A stretch of 64,000 nt of DNA, from the NCBI RefSeq assembly GCF_000026545.1, contig NC_011601.1. One strand, 5' to 3'. The DNA is from Escherichia coli O127:H6 str. E2348/69. GTDB taxonomy: Bacteria; Pseudomonadota; Gammaproteobacteria; Enterobacterales; Enterobacteriaceae. Numbering within the stretch: position 1 is the first letter of the stretch; each line of letters starts with the position of its first letter. Position numbers and translations under genes: made by a program. Positions 14,939 through 25,948 of the stretch are shown piece after piece. The notes below the pieces were generated by a model. The model saw only the letters and a program-made list of their open reading frames with translations. It did no database searches and had not been told where the DNA came from.

Positions 14939-16201
14939 TTAAAGCAATTCCAGCGCCAGTAATTCTTCAATGGTCTGGCGACGGCGAATCAACCGCGCCT
15001 GACCATTATCAAACAGAACTTCTGGTAACAGCGGACGGCTGTTGTAGTTGGATGACATTGATGCGCCATATGCCCCTGTATCATGCAGTACCAGATAATC
15101 ACCCGCCTTCACTTCCGGCAAGGCGCGGGTTTCGACATTTCCCCCTTCCTGCTGGGTAAAGACATCGCCCGATTCACATAACGGCCCGGCGACGACGGTT
15201 TCCACCGTTGGCGCGTGTTCCAGAGAACGACCCTCAGCTGCCAGGGCACTGATATGGTGGTAACTACCGTACATTGCCGGGCGCATCAGATCGTTGAACC
15301 CGGCATCAACCAGCACAAAGTGGCGGCTACCCATTTGTTTGACGCTCCGCACTTGAGTAATTAATACGCCAGCCTGCGCTACCAGAAAGCGACCCGGTTC
15401 AATTTCCAGTTTCACAGGATGGCCCAAATGGCGGGCGATTTGCTCACGCGCGGCATTCCACAGACCATAATAATGTTCGGTATCAACCGCCTCTTCACCC
15501 TGTTGATAAGGAATAGAAAGCCCACCGCCCGCAGAAATAGCCTGTAAATCCTGACCGAACTCGAGGACCTGACGCACCATAGCACCACATACCTGTTCCA
15601 GATGGGCATAATCGACGCCAGAACCAATGTGCATGTGAATGCCGACCAGCTGTAGATGATGACGTTGTATCACGTCCAGTGCGGCGGGCAGATCGGTGTA
15701 CCAGATACCGTGCTTGCTGTTTTCGCCACCGGTATTGGTTTTTTGGCTATGCCCGTGACCAAACCCCGGATTAACACGCAGCCATACCCGATGCCCTGGA
15801 GAAACCTGACCCAGTTGGTCGAGCATATCAACAGAACCCGCATTCACCGGAATTTGCAATTCACTGACGCGTTCAAGCGTCGCCTGATCGATAACATCTG
15901 CCGTAAAAACAATATCATCGGGGTGCGTTTGCGGATTGTAACCCGCCGCCAGTGCACGCTCTATTTCGCCTAACGAGACGGAATCCACTTTTACGCCCTG
16001 CTCACGCATTAAGCGCAAAATATGAATATTGGAACAGGCTTTCTGTGCAAAGCGCACCACATCAAACTGTTTCAGCGCGGCAATCTGCCGACGAATAATT
16101 TGCGCATCGTAGACCCACACCGGGCAGCCAAATTCTGCGGGCAAACGCAGCAGATTTTCGGCGGTGAGATCGGTATCAGTGCTGAACAGTGAATGTGGCA
16201 T
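14939..16201 (-). CDS. lysA: diaminopimelate decarboxylase (420 aa)
   Basis: Track ORF 420 aa, recognisable LysA sequence; divergent from lysR. Confidence 0.95.
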   Translation of the reverse strand: MPHSLFSTDTDLTAENLLRLPAEFGCPVWVYDAQIIRRQIAALKQFDVVRFAQKACSNIHILRLMREQGVKVDSVSLGEIERALAAGYNPQTHPDDIVFTADVIDQATLERVSELQIPVNAGSVDMLDQLGQVSPGHRVWLRVNPGFGHGHSQKTNTGGENSKHGIWYTDLPAALDVIQRHHLQLVGIHMHIGSGVDYAHLEQVCGAMVRQVLEFGQDLQAISAGGGLSIPYQQGEEAVDTEHYYGLWNAAREQIARHLGHPVKLEIEPGRFLVAQAGVLITQVRSVKQMGSRHFVLVDAGFNDLMRPAMYGSYHHISALAAEGRSLEHAPTVETVVAGPLCESGDVFTQQEGGNVETRALPEVKAGDYLVLHDTGAYGASMSSNYNSRPLLPEVLFDNGQARLIRRRQTIEELLALELL

Positions 16202-16322
16202 AACAAACTCCAGATAAGTGCTTTTTTATGATTACGCCACATCATAAAAAGAATAAAAAATATCGATTTATGTCGAGTCTATGCAAAAATGATATGGATT
16301 ACCGGATTGCGAGAGAGCGCTA

Positions 16323-17258
16323 ATGGCCGCCGTTAACTTACGTCATATTGAAATTTTTCATGCGGTAATGACCGCCGGAAGCCTGACTGAGGCGGCACAC
16401 TTGCTACACACCTCACAGCCAACCGTCAGCCGCGAACTGGCGCGCTTTGAGAAGGTGATCGGGCTGAAATTGTTTGAGCGCATACGTGGACGATTACATC
16501 CTACCGTGCAAGGACTGCGTCTGTTTGAAGAAGTGCAACGATCCTGGTACGGACTGGATCGCATTGTCAGCGCCGCAGAAAGTCTGCGCGAGTTTCGCCA
16601 GGGAGAACTGTCTATTGCCTGCCTGCCGGTCTTTTCGCAATCTTTTTTACCGCAGCTCCTGCAACCCTTTCTGGCACGTTATCCCGATGTCAGCTTAAAC
16701 ATCGTGCCCCAGGAATCACCGCTACTTGAAGAGTGGCTCTCGGCCCAGCGTCATGATTTAGGACTCACTGAAACGCTCCATACGCCTGCGGGAACAGAAC
16801 GTACCGAATTACTCTCTTTAGATGAAGTGTGTGTGTTACCTCCGGGCCATCCGCTGGCGGTAAAAAAGGTATTAACGCCGGATGATTTTCACGGTGAGAA
16901 CTACATCAGCCTTTCCCGTACTGACAGCTATCGCCAGTTGCTGGATCAATTGTTTACTGAGAATCAGGTTAAACGACGCATGATCGTAGAAACCCACAGC
17001 GCCGCGTCAGTCTGCGCAATGGTACGGGCGGGGGTAGGCGTTTCGGTGGTTAACCCGCTCACCGCACTGGATTATGCGGCAAGCGGTTTAGTGGTGCGGC
17101 GGTTCAGCATTGCGGTTCCGTTCACTGTCAGCCTGATCCGCCCCCTGCACCGCCCGTCATCAGCGCTGGTGCAGGCGTTTAGTGAGCATTTACAAGCGGG
17201 ATTACCGAAACTGGTCACTTCTCTTGACGCTATTTTGTCGTCAGCTACGACAGCATAA
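16323..17258 (+). CDS. lysR: LysR transcriptional activator of lysA (311 aa)
   Basis: Track ORF 311 aa, LysR-type HTH N-terminus; divergent from lysA. Confidence 0.95.
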
Positions 17259-17937
17259 AAGCGACAGCATCCTCGGCATGGATCGCCGCGGTATCAAACA
17301 CAGGCAGAACACTGCGCTCTTCTGGCACCAGTAAACCAATTTCTGTGCAGCCAAAAATGACGCCCTGTGCGCCCTGTTCTGCAAGGCGAGCAATCACTTG
17401 CGCATAATAAGCGCGTGACGCTTCGGTAAATTGCCCCAGACACAGTTCTTCAAAAATAATCTGATTAATTTTTGCCCGTTCATCCGCTTCAGGAATAAGA
17501 CAGTTGATGGAAAATTGTTCCGTCAGCCGCCCGCGATAAAAATCCTGTTCCATGGTGTAACGTGTACCCAGCAGCGCCACACGAGTCATTCCTGCCCCGG
17601 TAATTGCACGTCCAGTGGCATCCGCTATGTGTAAGAAAGGCAGAGAGCAACGAGACTCAATGGCATCCGCCACTTTGTGCATCGTATTGGTGCATAACAC
17701 AATACCTTCTGCGCCCGCCCGCTGTAAGCCAAGCGCCGCCTCAGCCAGAATATCCCCGGTTTTGTCCCACTCACCGCGACGCTGGCACTCTTCTATTTCA
17801 TGAAAATCGACGCTATGTAGCAGCACTTGCGCAGAGTGAAGCCCACCAAGCCGCTGTTTAATGCCTTCATTTATCAGACGATAGTAAGGAATAGTGGATT
17901 CCCAGCTCATTCCTCCCAGCAAACCAATTGTTTTCAT
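17245..17937 (-). CDS. ygeA: Asp/Glu racemase-family amino acid racemase (230 aa)
   Basis: Track ORF 230 aa, Asp/Glu/hydantoin racemase-like sequence. Confidence 0.9.
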
Positions 17938-18025
17938 TCCTCTCTCCTGATGTGTGTTACCGCAACAAGGCTGAATAAGGAACGAGGCAAACGCCTCAAC
18001 GGCCAGGTGCCTAATCTCTATTAAC

Positions 18026-18059
18026 GAAAAAAGGGCCGGATGTACAGCACATCCGGCCC
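18026..18059 (-). terminator. rho-independent terminator of araE
   Basis: Perfect 11-bp stem GGGCCGGATGT/ACATCCGGCCC with 5-nt loop just after araE stop, followed on the minus strand by a U-run (plus-strand A-run 18026-18032). Confidence 0.8.
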
Positions 18060-18065
18060 GTGAAA

Positions 18066-19484
18066 TCAGACGCCGATATTTCTCAACTTTTCGCCTGCCA
18101 TCAGTTTGCGCTCGATATGTTCCAGCGTGACATTTTTGGTTTCCGGAATGAGCCAGAAAGTGATGCCCACAAACGCAATGTTCAGCGCAGTGTAGAGCCA
18201 GAACGTACCGGCAGCGCCAATGCTATCAAGCAGTGTCAGGAAGGTCGCGCCGATAATCATATTCGACACCCAGTTTGTCGTCGTTGAGCAGGTGATGCCA
18301 AAATCGCGGCATTTCAGCGGCTGAATTTCAGAGCACAAGATCCACACCACTGGCGCGGCGCTCATCGCATAACCGGCAATACACATCATCGTCATGCCAA
18401 CAGAGAGCCAGGACAAGCCACTGGAAGCCGTACCGTTATCAAACTGCATCAGGCAGTAACCCAGCACCAGAGTGCCTAACGCCATCACGCTGAAACCAAT
18501 TTTCAGAGCCGGCTTACGCCCTGCTTTATCTACCGTAAAGACCGCAATGAAGGTAGCGAACATAAAGGTCAGCCCCACGACCAGAGTCGCAATCATCTGT
18601 TGTTCTGTGGTCGTAAAGCCCGCCATTTTGAAGATACGTGGCGCGTAGTACATGATGATGTTCATACCGGTAAACTGCTGCATCGCCTGCAACAACATAC
18701 CGAGAAATACAGCACGACGGACGTTACGGTTGATCTTAAACAATGCCCAACCGCCCTGTTTTAACTTCAGGCTTTCACGAATTTCGTTGAGTTCTTCTCG
18801 CGCTTTTTCCGACGTATCGCGCAGCATACGCAATACTTCTTCCGCCTCAATATGACGCCCCTTTTCCGCCAGCCAGCGCGGGCTATTTGGCAGGAAGACC
18901 ACCAGAATAATCAGCAGAACTGCTGGTAAAGCAAGAACCCCCAACATTGCGCGCCAGTTACCGCTATAACTGAACGCTGTATCGGATAAAAACGCCAGCA
19001 CGATGCCGAGAGTGACCATCAACTGGTACATGCTGATCATCTTACCGCGAACGTTTTCACTTGCCATTTCAGAAAGATACAGAGGAGCGGTGTAAGACGC
19101 GATCCCGACAGCAATGCCCAGCACCACTCGAGCGGCGATTAACATCTCTACGCTGGTCGCAAAAGCGGACCCTATCGAGCCGAGCACAAACAGGATGGCC
19201 CCCGCCATCAGGCTGTATTTACGCCCCAGGCGGAACGACAGCCAACCATTAAACAGCGCACCAATTGCTGCGCCGAGCATCATGCTACTGACCACCCATT
19301 CCTGCAAACGACTGGTCAGCACAAAGTGATCGGTAATGAACGGCAACGCTCCGGCGATTACGCCGATATCAAGACCAAATAACAATCCTGCGACCGCAGC
19401 AGCTACCGAAACAAACATATTCATACGCCGCGTATCCCGCAGAGGACGTGGCGTTAAAGCAGATTCCGTATTGATAGTAACCAT
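18066..19484 (-). CDS. araE: arabinose:H+ symporter, MFS (472 aa)
   Basis: Track ORF 18066..19538 trimmed to internal Met [13 protein letters not shown] to give 472 aa; sugar porter family. Confidence 0.93.
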
Positions 19485-19559
19485 TTTTTCCTGCCAGCAG
19501 AGAGTAAGACATAGTGAAAAAATACGTGAACAATTCACACAGGTGTCAGGTCGGAAATA

Positions 19560-19740
19560 GCATAAATATGGATTAAATTGCTACGACATGTCGTTATGTG
19601 ATGGATATTCCAATTTTCAAATTAAGTTGAATTATTGAGATTATTATTAACTACCTAATTTTAAAGCAGATAAAATTCATAAAGTTCATCAATTGATAAT
19701 TGATATGGATTATTTCATAACCATGATATGGATTATGATG
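19560..19740 (-). promoter_or_regulatory. araE upstream region with three copies of ATATGGATTA (possible AraC half-sites)
   Basis: ATATGGATTA at about 19567, 19704 and 19727; the latter two are direct repeats about 23 bp apart, resembling AraC I1-I2 half-site geometry; coordinates approximate. Confidence 0.35.
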
Positions 19741-19762
19741 ATCTACAGGTATAAAAAACCCT

Positions 19763-19772
19763 GCCATGCGAC
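19763..19772. repeat. direct repeat GCCATGCGAC flanking IS copy 1 (second copy at 21323-21332)
   Basis: Identical 10-mer immediately outside both ends of the element; 9 or 10 bp may be true target-site duplication. Confidence 0.8.
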
Positions 19773-21322
19773 CTGTCTCTTGATCAGATCTCCTGATCAA
19801 GAGACTTCATCACCAGGTAACCCTCAACCATATCCTGAAGTCTGAACCAGCCATCCCACATGACTACCCAACCGGGGCGACCGGTGCGTTTGCTGTCATG
19901 CCATCGCCCCAGTTTCGCCAGTTTCAGACAGGCCCATTTCAGTGTCGGCATCTGTGACGGAAGCGGTTTTCCTTCCAGCTTAACCCACAGCAGTTTCCAC
20001 TCTGTCGGCGTCAGTATTTTCTCACAGCTGTCATTTTGTGTTTCTTCACTGATACCGCCCTGCCGCAGGCCCAGCACCCGCACCGCGATAAACGCCTTGA
20101 TAACCACCATGCGCTCGAGGTTATCCCGGGTCTGCATTCGCAGCGATTCCACACATGTACCACCACTTTTCCACGCCTTGTGGTATTCCTCTATCAGCCA
20201 GCGTCGCTCGTAATGGCTGACGATACGTCGCGCATCGGCGGCACTCGCCACTTTTTCTGACGTCAGCAGATGCCAGCAGGCGCCGTCCTCTGCCTGCTCC
20301 CGGCAACAGACATACGTGAGCGGGAGCGCCTGGCCGCTGTTGTCGGGATTTTTTATGCTGACTTCGCTGTAACTGATGAACATCCGGGCCTGGCGGGCTG
20401 CCCGCCCGCCTTTTTGCATCACATTCAGCGTGTGGCTTCCCGCGGTTGCCAGGACTTCCGGCAGTTCGAAGAGCTTGCCGGGTGCTTCTTCCAGCCGGCG
20501 ATTCTGTGCTGCACGCACCACGAAGCGCTGCCCGTGGCTGACTTTATAATGCAGGTAATGCCAGATATCCGCTTCCCGGTCACAGACAGTGATTACCCGT
20601 TTCTGTATCTCCCCCAGCCGTTCGGCCATGCGCTCCGAAGCCTGCTGCCAGCGGTAACTTTCTTTTTCTTCATAGGGACGTTCTTTTCGCTGGTGCTTAA
20701 CACCGTAGGTGTCCGTGGCACGACTCCAGCGCTGCTGTTCGATAAGACCGACTGGCAGGGCGCTGTCGGGGGCGTACATCAGGACAGAGTGAGCCAGCAG
20801 CCCGCGCGTCTTCGGGTTAGTGGTGGTATTCCCCAGGTCATCAGATGCCGTACTGTGACTGAAGTTAATGGTGGTGGTGTCTTCCAGCGCGAGGAGCAGC
20901 GGATGAGCCTCACATGCCCTTACAGTGGCGGTAAATCCGGCTTCGGCAATGGCTTGCGGGGACACAGACGGGTTACGTATCAGGCGGTACGCACCTTCAA
21001 CCTGAGCAGTGGACTGGGATGATTTCACAATAGAAAGACCTGCATGCTGAGCGAGAGAAGAGGCCAGTGACACAAGGCGTCGTGTACGACGCGGATCACC
21101 GAGACGGGCATGTCCAAACTGCTCGTTAGCCCATGAATAACAATCAGAAAGTACCATAACAGACCCGAAGAAAATGAAATATAAGAGAAGATCAACAGGT
21201 GAGGAAAAAGTTCAAAAAATCGCTGCCGGGGAGGAAGGAAACTACCGGATGGAAAGAGTCCCCCTAAAGCAGACTGACAGACATCACAAATCCCCGGGTG
21301 GGGATTTGTGTATAAGAGACAG
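19773..21322 (-). mobile_element. IS4-family, IS50-like insertion sequence, copy 1 (1550 bp)
   Basis: Termini CTGTCTCTTGATCAGATCT (left) and revcomp CTGTCTCTTATACACAAAT (right), matching IS50 inside and outside ends as I recall them; single 457-aa transposase ORF; flanking direct repeat; identical second copy at 43835-45384. Confidence 0.9.
19784..21157 (-). CDS. IS50-like (Tn5-type) DDE transposase (457 aa)
   Basis: Tn5 Tnp-like motifs LALEDTT, VCDREAD and YERRWLIEEYHKAWKSG (DDE triad and YREK signature); stop codon lies inside the left terminal repeat as in IS50. Confidence 0.9.
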   Translation of the reverse strand: MVLSDCYSWANEQFGHARLGDPRRTRRLVSLASSLAQHAGLSIVKSSQSTAQVEGAYRLIRNPSVSPQAIAEAGFTATVRACEAHPLLLALEDTTTINFSHSTASDDLGNTTTNPKTRGLLAHSVLMYAPDSALPVGLIEQQRWSRATDTYGVKHQRKERPYEEKESYRWQQASERMAERLGEIQKRVITVCDREADIWHYLHYKVSHGQRFVVRAAQNRRLEEAPGKLFELPEVLATAGSHTLNVMQKGGRAARQARMFISYSEVSIKNPDNSGQALPLTYVCCREQAEDGACWHLLTSEKVASAADARRIVSHYERRWLIEEYHKAWKSGGTCVESLRMQTRDNLERMVVIKAFIAVRVLGLRQGGISEETQNDSCEKILTPTEWKLLWVKLEGKPLPSQMPTLKWACLKLAKLGRWHDSKRTGRPGWVVMWDGWFRLQDMVEGYLVMKSLDQEI

Positions 21323-21358
21323 GCCATGCGACAGGGTCATAAAAGTAAGAGGAATGAA

Positions 21359-22120
21359 TTAACGCGCCAGCCAACCGCCATCCACGGCAATGGTATAACC
21401 ATTCACATAATCTGAAGCGCTGGAGGCAAGGAACACCACCGGCCCCATCAGGTCACTCGGCAGTCCCCAACGGCCAGCTGGAATGCGGTCGAAAATTTCC
21501 GCGCTACGTTGTTCATCTGCCCGCAGTTGTTGAGTATTGTTGGTCGCCATGTAACCCGGAGCTATCGCATTAACATTAATGTTGTGTTTAGCCCATTCGT
21601 TCGCCATCAATCGCGTCACGCCCATCACACCGCTTTTTGATGCGGTATAAGAAGGCACACGGATCCCGCCCTGGAAGGAGAGCATTGACGCGATATTGAT
21701 AATCTTGCCGCCATTGCCTTGCGCGATAAAGTGTTTCGCCGCTGCCTGAGACATGAAGAATACGCTCTTGATATTCAGGTTCATGACATCGTCCCAGTCT
21801 TTTTCGCTGAATTCGAGAGCGTCTTCGCGGCGAATCAATCCGGCGTTATTCACCAGGATATCAATATGACCAAACTCAGCTACCGCGCGATCCAGCAGTG
21901 CTGGAATGCCATCAATCTTTCGCAGATCGGCGGTCAGGCTTAAAAAACGACGCCCCAGCGCCGTGACCTGCTTGATGGTTTCAGTCGGTTCAACGATGTT
22001 AATGCCAACAATGTCACAGCCCGCTTGCGCCAGCCCCAACGCCATCCCCTGGCCCAGCCCAGTATCACAACCAGTGACGACCGCAACTTTACCTTCGAGA
22101 GAAAATGCACTTAAAATCAT
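21359..22120 (-). CDS. kduD: 2-dehydro-3-deoxy-D-gluconate 5-dehydrogenase, SDR family (253 aa)
   Basis: Track ORF 253 aa, SDR glycine-rich motif VTGCDTGLG. Confidence 0.95.
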   Translation of the reverse strand: MILSAFSLEGKVAVVTGCDTGLGQGMALGLAQAGCDIVGINIVEPTETIKQVTALGRRFLSLTADLRKIDGIPALLDRAVAEFGHIDILVNNAGLIRREDALEFSEKDWDDVMNLNIKSVFFMSQAAAKHFIAQGNGGKIINIASMLSFQGGIRVPSYTASKSGVMGVTRLMANEWAKHNINVNAIAPGYMATNNTQQLRADEQRSAEIFDRIPAGRWGLPSDLMGPVVFLASSASDYVNGYTIAVDGGWLAR

Positions 22121-22149
22121 AACAATACCTTATTCGTTTATGCCCACAA

Positions 22150-22986
22150 CTAGCGCAAATCTTTAACGGCCACATGGTCCATATCATCAAAAACCTGGTT
22201 TTCACCGACCATGCCCCAGATAAAGGTATAAGCTTTGGTTCCGACGCCGGAATGGATCGACCAGCTCGGGGAGATCACCGCCTGCTCGTTATGCATCACA
22301 ATGTGACGCGTTTCTTGCGGTTGCCCCATCATGTGGAAAACGCAGGCGTCATCATCCATATTGAAATAGAAATAAACTTCCATCCGGCGCTCGTGGGTGT
22401 GACACGGCATGGTGTTCCACAAGTTACCTGGAGCCAGCTCCGTCAGCCCCATACTCAATTGGCAGGTTTCCAGCACATCCGGGACAAAATATTTGTTAAT
22501 CGTGCGACGGTTACTGGTGAGGTTATCGCCTAACGTGACTGGAGATACTTCGTCCGGTGTGACTTTTTTGGTGGGATACGTCGTATGCGCGGGTGCGCAA
22601 TTGTAATAAAACTTCGCCGGAGTGGCGGTATCAATACTGGCAAAGACAACTTCTTTTGCACCTTTACCAACATACAGGGCGTCGCGGTGACCGATTTCAT
22701 AGCATTGACCACCGACAGTAATCGTACCGGCACCGCCAATATTGATAACACCTAACTCGCGACGTTCAAGGAAATAGCTTACGCCGAGTTGTTTACCAAC
22801 TTCCCCGCCAACGGAAACCGTTTTAGTTACCGGCATAATGCCGCCAACAATAATACGGTCAATGTGGCTGTAAACCATGGTGTACTCATCGGCGACAAAT
22901 ACCTTTTCAACCAAAAATTCATTGCGCAGCCCCTGGGTATCCAGCGTTTTTGCGTGCGCACTGTGGATGCTCTGTCTTACGTCCAC
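22150..22986 (-). CDS. kduI: 5-dehydro-4-deoxy-D-glucuronate isomerase (278 aa)
   Basis: Track ORF 278 aa, recognisable KduI sequence; directly upstream of kduD. Confidence 0.95.
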   Translation of the reverse strand: MDVRQSIHSAHAKTLDTQGLRNEFLVEKVFVADEYTMVYSHIDRIIVGGIMPVTKTVSVGGEVGKQLGVSYFLERRELGVINIGGAGTITVGGQCYEIGHRDALYVGKGAKEVVFASIDTATPAKFYYNCAPAHTTYPTKKVTPDEVSPVTLGDNLTSNRRTINKYFVPDVLETCQLSMGLTELAPGNLWNTMPCHTHERRMEVYFYFNMDDDACVFHMMGQPQETRHIVMHNEQAVISPSWSIHSGVGTKAYTFIWGMVGENQVFDDMDHVAVKDLR

Positions 22987-23272
22987 ATCAACCTCCGATA
23001 ATCAGTGAAGCGTGAAAATAGAAAATAACAATGAAACACTGTTTCGTTTTCTCTATGAGGGGATGATATGCCCATGGGATAGGGTTTTCAATTAAAAATA
23101 AAACAATGTTTCATTTTCAAGTTAAGGATTAAAAAAAGTGCAGTGTCGATCACGAATATGTCATGAGAATGGAAAAATCAGGGAGCCCTGAAAAGGTATG
23201 TCGACTCACCAGCCATCATTATTCAACAGATTAATGACGGCAGATATTTATCGGTAAGGAGGAAATGCAGAG

Positions 23273-24454
23273 CTACTCGTCACGTTCAATGGTCAATGCC
23301 ACCCCCTGGCCCCCGCCGATACAAAGCGTTGCCAGTCCTTTGCGGGCATTACGTTTCACCATTTCATGAACCAGAGAAACCAGGATTCGGCAACCGGAAG
23401 CGCCTATCGGGTGACCGAGTGCGATCGCACCACCATTAACATTGACCCGACGCTCATCCCATTCAAGCATCTTGCCAACCGAAAGCGCCTGTGCAGCAAA
23501 CGCTTCATTAGCCTCGATAAGATCGACATCAGCCAACTGCCAGCCAACACGCTCCAGGCAACGGCGGGTCGCATACACCGGCGCAATTCCCATCAATGCC
23601 GGATCCACACCAACGCTGGCAAATGCGCGGATGCGGGCCAGCACGGGTAAATTCAACGCTCGTGCTTTGGCTTCGCTCATCATCATTACTGCAGCTGCCC
23701 CATCGTTTATGGATGATGCATTACCCGCTGTCACAGAACCGAGACTATCAAATGAAGGATTTAAACGGGCTAAGCCTTCTGCGCTGGTGTCAGTGCGTGG
23801 CTGTTCATCGGTATCAACAACCAACGTCTGACCGTTACTTTGGGTTATTACCGGGACGATCTCATCTTTAAATCGTCCGGCGTCAATCGCCGCTCGCGCT
23901 TTTTGTTGCGAGCTAAGTGCGTAAGCATCCTGCAACTGACGGCTGATGCCATATTCGCGAGCCAGATTTTCGGCGGTGACACCAATATGATAATCATTGA
24001 AGGCATCCCACAACCCATCATGCACAAGACTATCAACCAACTGGCTATTGCCAAGCTGTGCGCCAGTGCGGCTATCAGTCAGAACATGTGGTGCGCGGCT
24101 CATGTTTTCCTGGCCACCGGCGATGACAATATCAGCCTCGCCACACTGTATCGCCTGAGTAGCCAGATGCAGTGCTTTAAGCCCGGAACCACAAACGTCA
24201 TTAATAGTGATTGCAGAAACGCTATTAGGAAGACCACCTTTAATAGCCGATTGTCTTGCCGGATTCTGCCCTGCCCCTGCAGTCAACACCTGACCAAGAA
24301 TCACTTCATCCACCGCATATGCAGGAACGCCGGTACGTTCTATTAACGCTTTGACGACCAGGCTGCCAAGTTCCACGGCGGAATGACCCGCTAACGCACC
24401 ACGAAAGCAGCCGATAGGTGTCCGTAACGCCCCGACAATCACAACGTCTTTCAT
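23273..24454 (-). CDS. yqeF: acetyl-CoA acetyltransferase (thiolase) family protein (393 aa)
   Basis: Track ORF 394 aa trimmed to second Met; thiolase N-terminus VVIVGALRTPIG and C-terminal active-site region. Confidence 0.9.
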   Translation of the reverse strand: MKDVVIVGALRTPIGCFRGALAGHSAVELGSLVVKALIERTGVPAYAVDEVILGQVLTAGAGQNPARQSAIKGGLPNSVSAITINDVCGSGLKALHLATQAIQCGEADIVIAGGQENMSRAPHVLTDSRTGAQLGNSQLVDSLVHDGLWDAFNDYHIGVTAENLAREYGISRQLQDAYALSSQQKARAAIDAGRFKDEIVPVITQSNGQTLVVDTDEQPRTDTSAEGLARLNPSFDSLGSVTAGNASSINDGAAAVMMMSEAKARALNLPVLARIRAFASVGVDPALMGIAPVYATRRCLERVGWQLADVDLIEANEAFAAQALSVGKMLEWDERRVNVNGGAIALGHPIGASGCRILVSLVHEMVKRNARKGLATLCIGGGQGVALTIERDE

Positions 24455-24708
24455 CACAACCTCGCACCAATTAACAGTGCAATAGTAAATGATTGTTAAT
24501 TACAGTTATCTTAATTGTTTAAAAAAGGTGATTTTTATCACAAAGGAAATACGCCTGAGTAGCAGTCAGAGACATAACTGGCACGTAAGGTTTGCAACCA
24601 CTAACCCACCAATAGAGAGGTAGATAGGGCGTTAATCTCCCATACTTAACCTGGTTTATGGTAAATTGCCCTCCATTTTGTTTAATTTGTAGATGATACG
24701 TTCAGATA

Positions 24709-25938
24709 ATGTCTAATATTTGGTCAAAAGAAGAAACTCTGTGGAGTTTCGCGCTCTACGGCACAGCCGTTGGTGCAGGCACGCTCTTCCTTCCTATTCA
24801 GTTAGGTTCGGCGGGGGCTGTGGTCCTGTTTATTACTGCTCTGGTCGCCTGGCCTTTAACATATTGGCCACATAAAGCCTTATGCCAGTTCATCCTCTCA
24901 TCGAAAACATCAGCAGGTGAAGGGATAACGGGCGCGGTAACACACTACTATGGCAAGAAGATTGGTAATCTGATTACCACGCTGTACTTCATCGCCTTTT
25001 TTGTCGTCGTGTTGATATATGCAGTGGCAATTACCAACTCACTTACGGAACAGCTGGCAAAGCATATGGTTATTGATCTTCGCATCCGTATGTTGGTGAG
25101 TCTGGGGGTTGTATTAATCCTGAATCTCATTTTTCTGATGGGACGCCATGCAACCATTCGGGTAATGGGATTTTTGGTATTCCCATTGATTGCCTATTTC
25201 TTATTTCTTTCTATTTACCTGGTCGGTAGTTGGCAACCTGATCTATTAACAACCCAGGTAGAGTTCAATCAGAATACCCTTCACCAGATATGGATATCGA
25301 TTCCCGTGATGGTTTTCGCTTTTAGCCATACGCCCATTATTTCTACGTTTGCCATAGACAGACGTGAAAAATATGGCGAACATGCTATGGATAAATGCAA
25401 AAAAATTATGAAAGTCGCTTATCTCATCATCTGCATAAGTGTATTGTTCTTTGTCTTTAGCTGCCTGCTTTCTATTCCACCTTCGTATATTGAAGCGGCT
25501 AAAGAAGAAGGGGTTACCATTTTATCGGCGCTTTCTATGCTGCCGAACGCCCCAGCATGGTTATCAATTTCCGGGATTATTGTCGCAGTAGTTGCGATGT
25601 CGAAATCATTCCTGGGTACGTACTTTGGCGTTATTGAAGGTGCCACAGAGGTCGTCAAAACAACATTACAGCAGGTTGGTGTAAAGAAAAGTCGTGCATT
25701 TAACCGCGCACTATCAATTATGTTGGTATCGCTGATTACCTTCATTGTTTGTTGCATTAACCCGAACGCGATTTCGATGATTTACGCGATCAGCGGCCCG
25801 CTCATTGCCATGATACTTTTCATCATGCCTACGCTGTCAACGTATCTCATCCCGGCGCTTAAACCCTGGCGTTCCATCGGAAATCTGATTACGCTGATCG
25901 TGGGTATCCTGTGCGTATCGGTAATGTTCTTTAGCTAA
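24709..25938 (+). CDS. yqeG: amino-acid transporter-like membrane protein, HAAAP family (409 aa)
   Basis: Track ORF 409 aa, polytopic hydrophobic protein; divergent from yqeF. Confidence 0.9.
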   Translation: MSNIWSKEETLWSFALYGTAVGAGTLFLPIQLGSAGAVVLFITALVAWPLTYWPHKALCQFILSSKTSAGEGITGAVTHYYGKKIGNLITTLYFIAFFVVVLIYAVAITNSLTEQLAKHMVIDLRIRMLVSLGVVLILNLIFLMGRHATIRVMGFLVFPLIAYFLFLSIYLVGSWQPDLLTTQVEFNQNTLHQIWISIPVMVFAFSHTPIISTFAIDRREKYGEHAMDKCKKIMKVAYLIICISVLFFVFSCLLSIPPSYIEAAKEEGVTILSALSMLPNAPAWLSISGIIVAVVAMSKSFLGTYFGVIEGATEVVKTTLQQVGVKKSRAFNRALSIMLVSLITFIVCCINPNAISMIYAISGPLIAMILFIMPTLSTYLIPALKPWRSIGNLITLIVGILCVSVMFFS

Positions 25939-25948
25939 TATCCGTTGT

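Noticed and set aside
20270-21022. 250-aa plus-strand ORF inside the IS (and twin at 44332..45084), plus smaller plus-strand ORFs 19860..20213 and 43922..44275
   Set aside because: Antisense to the transposase gene that spans the whole element; IS50-type elements encode their proteins on one strand; most likely shadow ORFs
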